From Calditrichia bacterium (GTDB lineage Bacteria; Calditrichota; Calditrichia; RBG-13-44-9; J075): a stretch of 64,000 nucleotides of DNA. Positions 8,888 through 18,789 of the stretch are shown piece after piece. Numbering within the stretch: the stretch's first letter is position 1; the number at the start of each line of letters is the position of its first letter. Where the stretch lies: assembly GCA_050633245.1 (NCBI GenBank), contig JBOEGD010000024.1:64001-128000 (forward strand), read 5' to 3'. The notes beneath the pieces are model-generated. The model made no database searches. It was not told where the DNA came from and was given only the letters and a program-made list of their open reading frames with translations. The translations under genes were made by a program, and so were the position numbers.

Positions 8888-10492
8888 ATGAAACGACGCG
8901 ATTTTTTGAAAATGCTGCCGGCTCTCGGCGTTTATTTAGGTAGTCTGCAACAGGCTATTGGCCGAGAGCTACAGGATATCATTGGCAACCGCCCCAGTTC
9001 GTTAACGATCTCATCTGGTAAAGGTCGTCGCGAGATATCTCTGCCGGTGAGTTGGCAAAGCGGCGTCGGTTATGTAAGCGCCGATCGCTTCGCAAAAGCA
9101 TTCGATTATAATACCTACCTGAACCAGCAGAAGCGCAAGCTGGTTATTTATTTTCCCAATAATAAAGTAGTGGTTAGTGCGGACAATCCGTTTGTGGTAA
9201 TAGACAGCAAAGTATATCAGATGCCGTCTGCCTGTCAATGGGCAAATGGTGGCATTCAGGTGCCAATCGCCCAGCTTATTCCACTCACCAACAGCTACAC
9301 CAATACGCGCATGGAATTTGATAAAGCGCGTTTTATTCTGGGAGCTCGAAAAAAAGCGTTTTCTGTTGCCGGTATAGACATGAGCAGCAAAGCGAATGGT
9401 GATGTGATTCGCATCCGCACCAGCCGCAGGTTTCGCGATGGCGAGATTACCAGCAATATGCGTAATGGTTGGCTACATGTCGACTTATATGGAGCGACTG
9501 CTGATGTAGAACTGTTGAAGAAGACCAAGGTGAGTGGACATGTACGCGAACTGAACGTTTTTGAATTTCGCAAGCTGATTTCAGTTGCCCTTCGATTAAG
9601 AAAAGAACCGCTTTCACGAGAAGTCTATCAGGATAAATCCAATGGTGATGTCGTTGTTGTGCTGCGTTATAAGGAAGAAATTGCGCAAAACGAGAAGCGG
9701 AAAGAGCCGGAAGACCCACGTCCCAAGAAAGAAACAGCGAACAACGAAGATCTGAGTATCGATAAACAGCTGGAGCGTGAGCGCGAACGTTGGCTAATTG
9801 ATACCGTCGTTATCGATGCCGGACATGGTGGACGAGATCCCGGGGCTATTGGCGTAGGTGGAATTCGTGAAAAAGATCTTGCTCTGGCGGTGGCATTAAA
9901 ACTCGGGGCGCTGGTAAAGCGTAAGCTGCCGGACGTGAGAGTTGTCTACACGCGTAAGGACGATCGTTTTATTGAACTTCGTCGTCGCACACAGATTGCA
10001 AATGAGAATAAAGCCAAAGTATTTATCAGTATCCATGCCAATGCAAATCGCAGCAGCCGTGCAAGCGGATTTGAGACATATCTGTTGGGAGAGGAAAAAG
10101 GCAACCAGGCGCGCAATGTTATGGAGCGCGAAAATTCAGTGATAAAGTTTGAAGATCCCGGTAGTCAGAAGCACTATCAGGGGATTAACTCCATCTTGGT
10201 ACGCATGACGCAGGCTGGCTTTCAAAAGCAGAGCGAACACTTGGCCTCGAGCGTTCAGCAGAATATGGCCAAGCGTCTCCGTAGCCTTAATATGAAGAAC
10301 CGCGGTGTTAAACAGGCCCCTTTCTGGGTTATGGTTGGTGCATCCATGCCCAGCATCTTAGTAGAGATGGGCTTTATTACCAATAAGCATGAGTCTAAGA
10401 TTTTGAAAACCGCCAGTCATCAGCAAAAAATTGCTGAAGGTATTTTTACCGGTCTCTCTGGCTTTAAAAAGGACTATGAAAGCGCGATTTAA
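8888..10492 (+). CDS. N-acetylmuramoyl-L-alanine amidase (Amidase_3) with Tat-like signal
   Basis: MKRRDFLK twin-arginine motif; VIDAGHGGRDPGA, FISIHAN, SILVEMGFITN. Confidence 0.93.
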   Translation: MKRRDFLKMLPALGVYLGSLQQAIGRELQDIIGNRPSSLTISSGKGRREISLPVSWQSGVGYVSADRFAKAFDYNTYLNQQKRKLVIYFPNNKVVVSADNPFVVIDSKVYQMPSACQWANGGIQVPIAQLIPLTNSYTNTRMEFDKARFILGARKKAFSVAGIDMSSKANGDVIRIRTSRRFRDGEITSNMRNGWLHVDLYGATADVELLKKTKVSGHVRELNVFEFRKLISVALRLRKEPLSREVYQDKSNGDVVVVLRYKEEIAQNEKRKEPEDPRPKKETANNEDLSIDKQLERERERWLIDTVVIDAGHGGRDPGAIGVGGIREKDLALAVALKLGALVKRKLPDVRVVYTRKDDRFIELRRRTQIANENKAKVFISIHANANRSSRASGFETYLLGEEKGNQARNVMERENSVIKFEDPGSQKHYQGINSILVRMTQAGFQKQSEHLASSVQQNMAKRLRSLNMKNRGVKQAPFWVMVGASMPSILVEMGFITNKHESKILKTASHQQKIAEGIFTGLSGFKKDYESAI

Positions 10493-10652
10493 TCACTTTC
10501 ATTAGCCAAATATCCGGTAGCCCTTGCGAAAATTCTCCTAAATTGGTTACTTTATTTCCGAATCTTGATGGAACTACCGGCTATTTGCGGACTTTAATCT
10601 TTCAGATGACAATCATGCAGCGCAATGAAAAGCTGCCTCTTTGGAGATTTGC

Positions 10653-11603
10653 ATGAAAAAATATATTTTCTCTCTACTTAGTGCTTTCCTGATAGCAACG
10701 CCGCTTATGGCGCAGTCTGCAGGAACGACGGCATTCAATTTTTTGAAGGCCGATTATAGCGCTCGTGGAGCAGCGATGGCCAATAATCTGCTGGCAATAA
10801 AGCAGGATGTGAATACCATGTTTTACAATCCTGCCGGACTGTATGGCATTGAGCAATCTCAGTGGTCGGCAGGATATACCGATCATTTGCTGGATTTTCA
10901 GGCCGGGCAATTATTGTATGCGCGTCAAGGTGGTCCACTGGGCATTGTCGGGCTTGGTGTAATCTATTTTGATTACGGCAGCTTTGATGCAACGGATGAA
11001 TTTGGTGATCTAACCGGAGAGAATGCTTCGGCATCTGAATTTGCAGTGGCATTCTCTATTTCGAATACCCTCGGTGATGGATTCGATTACGGTGTAAATT
11101 TGAAATACATTTATTCTTCGCTCGATGTCTATAGCGCAGCGGGAATTGCCATCGACGCCGGATTAATTTATAATGTACCGTTAGGAAAAGACCTGCGACT
11201 GGGCGTTTCTGTTTCCAATTTGGGGATCGTTTACGATACTTATACCGACGTGGATGACAAGATGCCGGTTAACCTGCGCGTTGGCTTTTCGAAAAAATTG
11301 GCGCACCTTCCACTGCTTTTCTCTGCATCGCTAAATGATATTACGCTGTCTTCTGATGACAATGTGGACGTGCTGAAACGCTTCAGTGTTGGCGGAGAGT
11401 TTGATGTCAGCGCGGTGCTGAAATTCCGCATTGGCTACGATAATAATGTAAATCAAAGCGTGCGCCCTTTGTCGGGTCGTAATTTTGGTGGCGTGTCTGC
11501 CGGTCTTGGATTAAACGTTAAATCCTTTCGTGTAGATTATGCTTTCTCATCTGGCGGGGATCTGGGCAATCAAAATCGATTTGGTTTGACGGGTAATTTC
11601 TAA
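10653..11603 (+). CDS. PorV/PorQ-family outer-membrane beta-barrel
   Basis: Signal peptide; AFNFL..SARGAAM, FYNPAGL; terminal Phe. Confidence 0.8.
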   Translation: MKKYIFSLLSAFLIATPLMAQSAGTTAFNFLKADYSARGAAMANNLLAIKQDVNTMFYNPAGLYGIEQSQWSAGYTDHLLDFQAGQLLYARQGGPLGIVGLGVIYFDYGSFDATDEFGDLTGENASASEFAVAFSISNTLGDGFDYGVNLKYIYSSLDVYSAAGIAIDAGLIYNVPLGKDLRLGVSVSNLGIVYDTYTDVDDKMPVNLRVGFSKKLAHLPLLFSASLNDITLSSDDNVDVLKRFSVGGEFDVSAVLKFRIGYDNNVNQSVRPLSGRNFGGVSAGLGLNVKSFRVDYAFSSGGDLGNQNRFGLTGNF

Positions 11604-11612
11604 ACATTTTTC

Positions 11613-12536
11613 CTACAAGCCGTTCGTTAGTCGAACGGCTTTGACTATTGCTTCTGCGACTAATGTTGCAGCAATGGCTCCCACAACATTGATATCTGCT
11701 TTTTTCTTTCCACAGCTTACGGCAAAGACCATATCACCATCGTGCATCGTGTGTGCGGGCCGTGTCGATCGTGTGATTCCCGCCTGAGCTATTTGGGCAA
11801 TTTTGTTTATCTCTTCCTTACTGAAAGCAGCATCTGTCGCGACAACAGCCAGAGTGGTATTCGTTCCTGATGCGCTTTGTCCAAAATTCGTTTTAACAAT
11901 ATGTTGATAAGTATCTATAAAATCGTTGGTTTCGGGATGTCTTGCGCCGGCAATAATTTGTCCATTGGCCGGATTAATAACATCACCCAGTGCATTTACA
12001 ACGGCGAGTGCCGAGACTTGTGTTCCGTTGGGAAGTAAGGTTGATGTGGACGCCAGTCCGCCGGGCATGGAGTTGGCTAATCCCAGAATTTTACCAACTC
12101 GTGCACCGCTACCGGCTCCTACTTTGCCTTCAGCGTAATCCTTTGAGGCTTTCTGGCAGGCCCGATATCCCATTTCCTCAGTCGGCAAGGCAGAATCACG
12201 ATTCTCATTCATATCAAACAACACTGCGGCTGGAACAATTGGAATGCAGACCCCCTGTGCATCGAACCCAATTTTTTGTTCTGCCAGCCAACGCATAGCC
12301 CCATCTGCGGTGCGTAGTCCAAACGCACTGCCACCGGTTAACATAATGGCGTGAATACGACGGATCATAAAGGTTGGCTGCAGCATTGCTGCTTCACGTG
12401 TTCCAGGTGCAGACCCGCGAATATCCGCTCCGGCGACTGCCCCCTGCGGAAAGACAATAGCAGTGCAGCCGGTTTCTTCTTTCAGATCGTGCGCATGGCC
12501 CACAAGAATTCCCTGAATATCGGTCAATCTTACCAA
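11613..12536 (-). CDS. P1/S58 (DmpA-like) peptidase
   Basis: LTDIQGILVGHA, GSAPGTRE, LTGGSAFGL, GTNTTL, HTMHDGD; start placed at TTG 12536 after a GAGGAG RBS. Confidence 0.88.
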   Translation of the reverse strand: MVRLTDIQGILVGHAHDLKEETGCTAIVFPQGAVAGADIRGSAPGTREAAMLQPTFMIRRIHAIMLTGGSAFGLRTADGAMRWLAEQKIGFDAQGVCIPIVPAAVLFDMNENRDSALPTEEMGYRACQKASKDYAEGKVGAGSGARVGKILGLANSMPGGLASTSTLLPNGTQVSALAVVNALGDVINPANGQIIAGARHPETNDFIDTYQHIVKTNFGQSASGTNTTLAVVATDAAFSKEEINKIAQIAQAGITRSTRPAHTMHDGDMVFAVSCGKKKADINVVGAIAATLVAEAIVKAVRLTNGL

Positions 12537-12741
12537 CTGTCTTCTCCTCAACGAAATATTAATTGACTTTAATGTATACAGAAAAAAAGACGATGGTAAG
12601 CGGGAAATGATGATCTAAGGAAATTAATTAAAGTGCATATGAACGCTGATAATCACAACTCTTGACTTTAGAACAGATTATGTTAATATTTATTTTCGCC
12701 TAATTTATTACGTATTCAAATCCAGATAAACTATCCGTGTT

Positions 12742-13209
12742 ATGAGAATTTTTGTTCGAAACCTGAAAGTGCGTCAACGTCTGAGCATTATGTTTGTCTC
12801 GGCCTTTATCGCACACCTTCTTCTGCTTCATGTCGGAATGACGGGATATGTACTTTGTGTCGGCGATGATGGTCATATTGCCATAGAGCGCAGCCTTGAT
12901 GAAGAGACTTGTTTGGATACTGCCCCTACCGATTGTTCGGAGACCACTTTAGGACATATCGAAGCATTATGCACTGTCAATGAAACTCATTGCGGCAATT
13001 GCACCGATATTGCACTTCTCACAGAGTGTGATGATGAAAAAGCCCGTACCCCCCGTGAAATTCGTGAAACGCGGGTGGCAATTCCATTTGTGATGGCTTC
13101 GCGGGAGCTTACTACGGAAAATATCTCTATTCCTCACCCCCCGGGAATTTCTAGCTACATATTTATCCCATCCTTTACTGCTCAGCGCAACGTTATTCTG
13201 CTGACTTAG
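12742..13209 (+). CDS. Cys/His-rich accessory protein upstream of a heavy-metal RND operon
   Basis: Hydrophobic N-terminus, VLCVGDDGHIAIE, HCGNCTD; position before czcCBA-like genes. Confidence 0.65.
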   Translation: MRIFVRNLKVRQRLSIMFVSAFIAHLLLLHVGMTGYVLCVGDDGHIAIERSLDEETCLDTAPTDCSETTLGHIEALCTVNETHCGNCTDIALLTECDDEKARTPREIRETRVAIPFVMASRELTTENISIPHPPGISSYIFIPSFTAQRNVILLT

Positions 13210-13302
13210 CCTTCTTTCCTCCCATTTCTTGTTGGTCGATTGTAGCACGGCGTTAGCTTGCTACACATATTCTCTATCTTATAAAATGAAGTGAGGATTG
13301 AT

Positions 13303-14634
13303 ATGTTCTATAAATCCATTTTATGGTTGGGCATGGCATGTCTTGCTCTCGTCAGCAGTTGTTCGTCTTATCAAGTGAAGACGAACAACTCTCAAACGAG
13401 CGCACTTATCAAGCGTCTGGAAAATGATGCCGCTGCCTCGCCTGCAATAAGGCCGGATGAACCTTCACAAAGTTTAACTTTTGAAGAAGCGCTGAAGCTG
13501 GCTTTTTCGCAAAATGCCGGTATTGCGGCTGCAAATCTCGAAATTCGTGCCGCCGAGGCCCGAGCGCTACAGTCCGGATCTTATCCTAATCCTGAAGTTG
13601 ACTTGGAGCTGGAAAATGTTGCCGGTACTGGTCCGTTAAACGGCGTTAGTGGTGTTGAGTCGACGTTGACCTTAAGTCAACAAATATTGCTTGGAGGCAA
13701 GCGAAAAAAGAATGCAGACGTCGCGGGATTGGAAGTCAATTTGGCCTCCTTGAGCTATCAACAGCGCCGCCTCGACCTCTATGCTGAAGTCCACGATGCT
13801 TTTAATAAGCTGCTAATCGCTCAGGAAGATGTCTTGTTAAAGCGCGAATCTGTACAGCTATCAGAAAAATTACTGGCGTCTACTTCTAAGCGCGTCAAAG
13901 CAGGAAAAGTCTCTTCAGCAGAAGCTTCGCGTGCTCAAGTGGTTCTTGCGCAGAACAAAATTGCACTTAAGAGTGTGAACAGAAAGCTCGAATCTGCTCG
14001 TCACCAACTTGCCGCAACATGGGGATGCAGCGTGGCCACTTTTAAAGAAGTGCGAGGCGAATACGATTTGCTGTTTGCGCTTCCTAAACTTGATTCGCTG
14101 CACGTCTTGCTAAACCAAAACCCGGACTACGTCCGTTTCGAAACAGAGCTACAGCAACGTCGCGCAACAATTGCGCTTGCAGATGCGATTGCCAAGCCCG
14201 ATCCAACGATAAGTGGCGGCATCAGGCATCTGAATGAAAGTGGAGACATCGCTTTTGTCATTGGCATCTCCATGCCATTGCCGTTTAACCGAAACCAGGG
14301 TGGACGCGAGGAAGCGCGTAATAATTTGTTGAAGAGTGAGCGCGAAAAAGAGATGTGTTATATGAAGCTAAGTAGTGAATTGACAGACTCTTACAACCTT
14401 TTTCAGGCGGTTCAGTCTGAAGTTGTTGCGCTGCAAGAAGAAATTATTCCACAAGCCGAAACAGCATATAAGCGAATTAATGAAGGCTATTTACAAGGAC
14501 GATTCGATTTTCTGGATGTCCTGGATGCCGAGAGGACGCTCTTTGAATTGAAAGACCGCTATTTGCATGCGCTGCGGGAATTCCATGAGTCCCTCGTTCG
14601 AATTGAGCGTTTGGTTGCTCAAAAAATTCATTAA
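13303..14634 (+). CDS. czcC: TolC/CzcC-family outer-membrane efflux lipoprotein
   Basis: Lipobox-like LVSSC, YPNPEV, GRFDFLDVLDAERTL; operon context. Confidence 0.88.
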   Translation: MFYKSILWLGMACLALVSSCSSYQVKTNNSQTSALIKRLENDAAASPAIRPDEPSQSLTFEEALKLAFSQNAGIAAANLEIRAAEARALQSGSYPNPEVDLELENVAGTGPLNGVSGVESTLTLSQQILLGGKRKKNADVAGLEVNLASLSYQQRRLDLYAEVHDAFNKLLIAQEDVLLKRESVQLSEKLLASTSKRVKAGKVSSAEASRAQVVLAQNKIALKSVNRKLESARHQLAATWGCSVATFKEVRGEYDLLFALPKLDSLHVLLNQNPDYVRFETELQQRRATIALADAIAKPDPTISGGIRHLNESGDIAFVIGISMPLPFNRNQGGREEARNNLLKSEREKEMCYMKLSSELTDSYNLFQAVQSEVVALQEEIIPQAETAYKRINEGYLQGRFDFLDVLDAERTLFELKDRYLHALREFHESLVRIERLVAQKIH

Positions 14635-14666
14635 TAACGCGAAGTATAAACGTAAGGAATCTGAAC

Positions 14667-15677
14667 ATGATACATACTTTAAATAAATCTAAATGGTTGA
14701 TGATCGTGTGCGGAATGCTCGCCTCTTTCCTTGTCGCTTCTTGTTCAGGCTCAGATGAGCACACAGATAGAACCGGAAAAGAACTACATGAAGACGTTGT
14801 CGGTCATGCTGATCACGACGATCACGACGATCATTATATTGATAATGACCACAATGATGGCGTAGAGTTATCTGACGCTGAGCTGGAAGAGTTCTCTATC
14901 GAATTGCTTTCGGCCGTGCCCGGATCCATCGAGAAGAAAGTAGTTCTGACCGGGGAGATTGTTGCCAATCCCGGACGGTTAGCACACATTGTTCCTCGTT
15001 TTCCCGGTATCGTGAAAAAAGTACGAAAAAGGGTGGGAGATTCTGTTCGATCGGGTGAGGTTTTGGCTGTCATCGAGAGTAATGAAAGTTTGGCTCCCTA
15101 CAAGGTTACGTCGCTTATTAGCGGTAAGATTATCGAAATGCATCTGACGTTGGGAGAGCTGGTCAGCGATAATAGTCATGCGATAGTCGTTGCTGATTTC
15201 GACCCTGTTTGGGCAGAACTATCGGTTCATCAAAAAGAACTTGAGCAACTTGCTGTCGGTCAGAAAGCAGAACTCTCAGCAAGCAATCAGCTCGCGGGTT
15301 TCTCTGGTGAAATATCGTGGATCAGTCCAATGCTGAGTGAAGAAAGGCGTACCGCAACCGCTCGTGTGGTTGTTGCGAATCCGGATGGTGCGTGGCGACC
15401 AGGGCTTTTTATTCAGGCCAACGTCACCACAGCAAGAGAAAACGTTGCGTTAGCCGTTCCCAAAACAGCGATCGAGATCTTTGAAGGTGAAACGGTTCTC
15501 TTTATTAAATCGGATAGTGTATTTGTTCCAAGGAGCGTAGAGCTTGGGCAGGAAGGCAAAGATACAGTTGAAATTCTTTCCGGACTTGCTGCGGGTGATG
15601 TATACGTATCCAAAGGCGGCTTTACATTAAAAGCGGAACTTGAAAAGAGCGCCTTTGGCGACGGACACGCTCACTAG
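14667..15677 (+). CDS. czcB: CzcB-family RND periplasmic adaptor with His/Asp-rich linker
   Basis: HADHDDHDDH, WRPGLF, C-terminal GDGHAH. Confidence 0.9.
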   Translation: MIHTLNKSKWLMIVCGMLASFLVASCSGSDEHTDRTGKELHEDVVGHADHDDHDDHYIDNDHNDGVELSDAELEEFSIELLSAVPGSIEKKVVLTGEIVANPGRLAHIVPRFPGIVKKVRKRVGDSVRSGEVLAVIESNESLAPYKVTSLISGKIIEMHLTLGELVSDNSHAIVVADFDPVWAELSVHQKELEQLAVGQKAELSASNQLAGFSGEISWISPMLSEERRTATARVVVANPDGAWRPGLFIQANVTTARENVALAVPKTAIEIFEGETVLFIKSDSVFVPRSVELGQEGKDTVEILSGLAAGDVYVSKGGFTLKAELEKSAFGDGHAH

Positions 15678-15686
15678 GAGGACGAT

Positions 15687-18600
15687 ATGAAAAATATCAT
15701 CGATTTAGTTTTGAAGAGTCGACTGCTGATGCTGGTCCTGGGTGCGCTTGTGATTGGGGGTGGCATTTATAGCTATAAACAGTTGCCAATTGACGCCTTT
15801 CCAGACGTTTCACCGACTCTCGTTCAGGTGTTTACTGTTACTGAGGGACTGGCTCCTGAGGAAGTAGAAAAATATGTCACCTATCCGGTTGAAATCTCTA
15901 TGAACGGTCTTCCGAACCTGAAGAATGTGCGCTCCGTTTCAAACTTTGGGCTATCTGTTGTGAACGTCTATTTTGAAGATAATACCGATATTTATTTTGC
16001 ACGGCAATTGATCAATGAGCGGCTACAGGAGGCCCGGGGAAATATTCCAGAGGGGTTTGGAGATCCTCAGATGGGACCTATTGCCACCGGTATGGGATTA
16101 GTGCTATTCTATTACCTGGAGGATGAAACCGGTTCGTATTCATTGGAAGAGATGCGTTCAATGCAGGATTGGCTGGTGAAATTTCAACTGCAAACGGTTC
16201 CTGGTGTCACCGAAGTCTTGGGTATCGGCGGTTGGGAAAAACAATATCAGGTGGTTGTCGACCCCAATGCATTGCTGCGATATGATGTGACCATTAATGA
16301 CATTGTGGAAAAGATTCATGCGAACAACCTAAACGTCGGGGCGCAGCTTATCGAAAAAAACGCCGAGGAGTTTGTTGTACGATCGGTCGGGCTGGCATCG
16401 AGCATTGAGGATCTTAAAAATATTGTAATTAAAGCAGTAGACGGAACGCCAATTTATCTGGAACAGCTTGCAGAAATTGACATCGGTGGTGCGATTCGAA
16501 GAGGTGTGCAGACTCATAATGGAACTAATGAGGTTGTTTCAGGAATGGTTGTAAAGCTTTTCGGCAGCAATTCTTCTACGGTTATACATGCAGTGGAAGA
16601 GAAGATGGCAGAGATTAACGGAATTCTTCCGGAAGGTGTTCGAATCGTGCCGTACTATGAACAAAAAACTTTGGTTGAGGCCTGTGTAAAAACCGTTACC
16701 AATGCCCTTTACATGGGGATTGTCTTTGTGGTTTTGGTTATATTTGTATTTTTGGGATCGTTTCGACCGAGTCTGGTTGTCGCATTGGCCATTCCATTCT
16801 CAATCCTCTTTGCAATGATTGGTATGCACTACTTTAAAATTTCCGCGAACCTGATGTCTTTTGGCGGTCTTTCCATTGCTATTGGAATGATGGTTGACGG
16901 GACGATTGTTATGATAGAGAATGTCGATCGCCTGCTTCGGGAATCGAAACGTTCAGAATCACGACTGAGTATTGTTGCGCGGGCTTGCAAAGAAGTTATT
17001 CAGCCGATATTATTCGCCATAACGATCATTATCGTTGTATTTCTCCCCTTGTTTACACTGCAGGGTGTTGAAGGTAAGACCTTCTCTCCATTGGCCTTCG
17101 CGGTAGCTTTGGCGATGCTGGGTTCGCTGGTCTTCGCGTTGCTTCTGGCCCCAATTTTGTCTTTCCTGCTTATGCGACGCGGAACGAAGAAAGTTTCATC
17201 GGATGACCGTGAACAAAATTTGTTAATTCGACTTTTGGTTAATGTATATCGTCCACTGATTATTTTCTTTGTCAAGCGTCGTTCGATGGCAGTAATACTC
17301 TCCGGTGTTTTGTTGGTAATTGGAATGTTTATTTTTCCTCGCTTGGGATCGGAATTTACCCCAACCCTGCAAGAAGGTACAATCGTAATTCGGTTAACAA
17401 TGGCGCCTTCAATTTCACTGACTGAGAGCACGCGAATAACCCAAATTACAGAGCGCCGCTTAATAAAGGTGCCGGAAGTCTCCGGAGTGGTAACGCGAAT
17501 TGGACGCGGTGAAGTAGGTGCACATACTGACCCGATTAACAGTGCTGAAATGTTTGTTTTGTTAAAACCGCAAGCCGAGTGGCGAACGGCAAAAAACCAA
17601 CATGAATTACAGCAGGTGATTCGCAATGATGTCGGCGATATTCCTGGCGTCAAAGTGAGTTTTACTCAGCCCATTCAGATGACGGTTGAGGAGTTGCTGG
17701 AAGGCGTGCGCGCTGAATTAGCCATTAAGCTTTTTGGCGACGATCTGTCCGTGCTAAAAAGCAAGGCTGACGAGATTGCTGCTGTTATTGGCAATGTACG
17801 TGGAGCAGCAGATGTGCAGGCCGATCAAATTAGTGGAACACCTCAGCTTTTGATAAAAATCGATCGTCAGGCCATTGCCCGTTATGGCATTAATGTAAAA
17901 GACGTGCAGCAGGTGATCAGAACATCGGTTGGGGGAGAATTTGCCGGACAGATATTTGAAGGTATTCGCCGTTTTGATATTCAAGTGCGCTTAGCCGAGA
18001 ACGCTCGTAACTCAGCGGCAGCGATAGAAAATATTCTCATTCCCGGGCCGGCCGGACTACGAATTCCACTTGCTCAATTGGCCACCATAGAAGAGGTTTT
18101 GGGACCGCGGCAGATTACTCGTGAACAAAACCAACGCTTTATCACAATTCAATGTAATGTTGTTGGAAGAGATATCGGATCATTTGTTAAAGATGGTCAG
18201 CAGGCGATTGCCTCCGCAATTGAACTTCCCACAGGATATCTGGTGAAGTGGGGCGGGCAGTTTCGACTTCAACAGGAAGCGAACAAGCGTTTGGCGGTTG
18301 TTGTACCACTAACGTTAATCATCATCTTTGTGCTATTGTTCTCCAGTTTCAACTCATTAAAAAATACGCTGTTGATCTTGCTAAATATTCCTTTGGCTTT
18401 AGTAGGAGGAATTGTTGCCCTTTGGCTTACTGGCCAAAACCTGTCGGTACCGTCCTCGGTTGGCTTTATCGCTCTTTTTGGCATTGCGTTAGAGAATGGA
18501 ATGGTATTGATCACTTATCTGAATCAGATGTTAAAAGATGGTGTTGAGATGGATGAAGCATCTGTTGATGGTGCTGTGTTGAGGCTTCGACCGGTTTTGA

Positions 18601-18773
18601 TGACCGCACTTACCACCGGACTGGGGTTAGTTCCGCTGCTCTTCTCAAGTGGCACCGGTAGTGAGGTACAGCAACCATTAGCAACAGTAGTTGTTGGAGG
18701 ATTGCTAACATCAACAATGTTGACGCTGTTGGTACTCCCAGCTATATATAAATGGTTTGCGGACAAGCAGTAG
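15687..18773 (+). CDS. czcA: CusA/CzcA heavy-metal efflux RND transporter
   Basis: LPIDAFPDVS, SFGGLSIAIGMMVDGTIVMIEN, RLRPVLMTALT, GSEVQQPLA. Confidence 0.95.
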   Translation: MKNIIDLVLKSRLLMLVLGALVIGGGIYSYKQLPIDAFPDVSPTLVQVFTVTEGLAPEEVEKYVTYPVEISMNGLPNLKNVRSVSNFGLSVVNVYFEDNTDIYFARQLINERLQEARGNIPEGFGDPQMGPIATGMGLVLFYYLEDETGSYSLEEMRSMQDWLVKFQLQTVPGVTEVLGIGGWEKQYQVVVDPNALLRYDVTINDIVEKIHANNLNVGAQLIEKNAEEFVVRSVGLASSIEDLKNIVIKAVDGTPIYLEQLAEIDIGGAIRRGVQTHNGTNEVVSGMVVKLFGSNSSTVIHAVEEKMAEINGILPEGVRIVPYYEQKTLVEACVKTVTNALYMGIVFVVLVIFVFLGSFRPSLVVALAIPFSILFAMIGMHYFKISANLMSFGGLSIAIGMMVDGTIVMIENVDRLLRESKRSESRLSIVARACKEVIQPILFAITIIIVVFLPLFTLQGVEGKTFSPLAFAVALAMLGSLVFALLLAPILSFLLMRRGTKKVSSDDREQNLLIRLLVNVYRPLIIFFVKRRSMAVILSGVLLVIGMFIFPRLGSEFTPTLQEGTIVIRLTMAPSISLTESTRITQITERRLIKVPEVSGVVTRIGRGEVGAHTDPINSAEMFVLLKPQAEWRTAKNQHELQQVIRNDVGDIPGVKVSFTQPIQMTVEELLEGVRAELAIKLFGDDLSVLKSKADEIAAVIGNVRGAADVQADQISGTPQLLIKIDRQAIARYGINVKDVQQVIRTSVGGEFAGQIFEGIRRFDIQVRLAENARNSAAAIENILIPGPAGLRIPLAQLATIEEVLGPRQITREQNQRFITIQCNVVGRDIGSFVKDGQQAIASAIELPTGYLVKWGGQFRLQQEANKRLAVVVPLTLIIIFVLLFSSFNSLKNTLLILLNIPLALVGGIVALWLTGQNLSVPSSVGFIALFGIALENGMVLITYLNQMLKDGVEMDEASVDGAVLRLRPVLMTALTTGLGLVPLLFSSGTGSEVQQPLATVVVGGLLTSTMLTLLVLPAIYKWFADKQ

Positions 18774-18789
18774 AAGAAAAAATTAGATA

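Noticed and set aside
12660-12690. dif-like site (TTATGTTAAT resembles a XerD arm)
   Set aside because: No XerC arm at the right spacing; better explained as a promoter
17000-17653. 217-aa antisense ORF within czcA (and similar shadow ORFs elsewhere)
   Set aside because: Antisense shadows of well-supported genes
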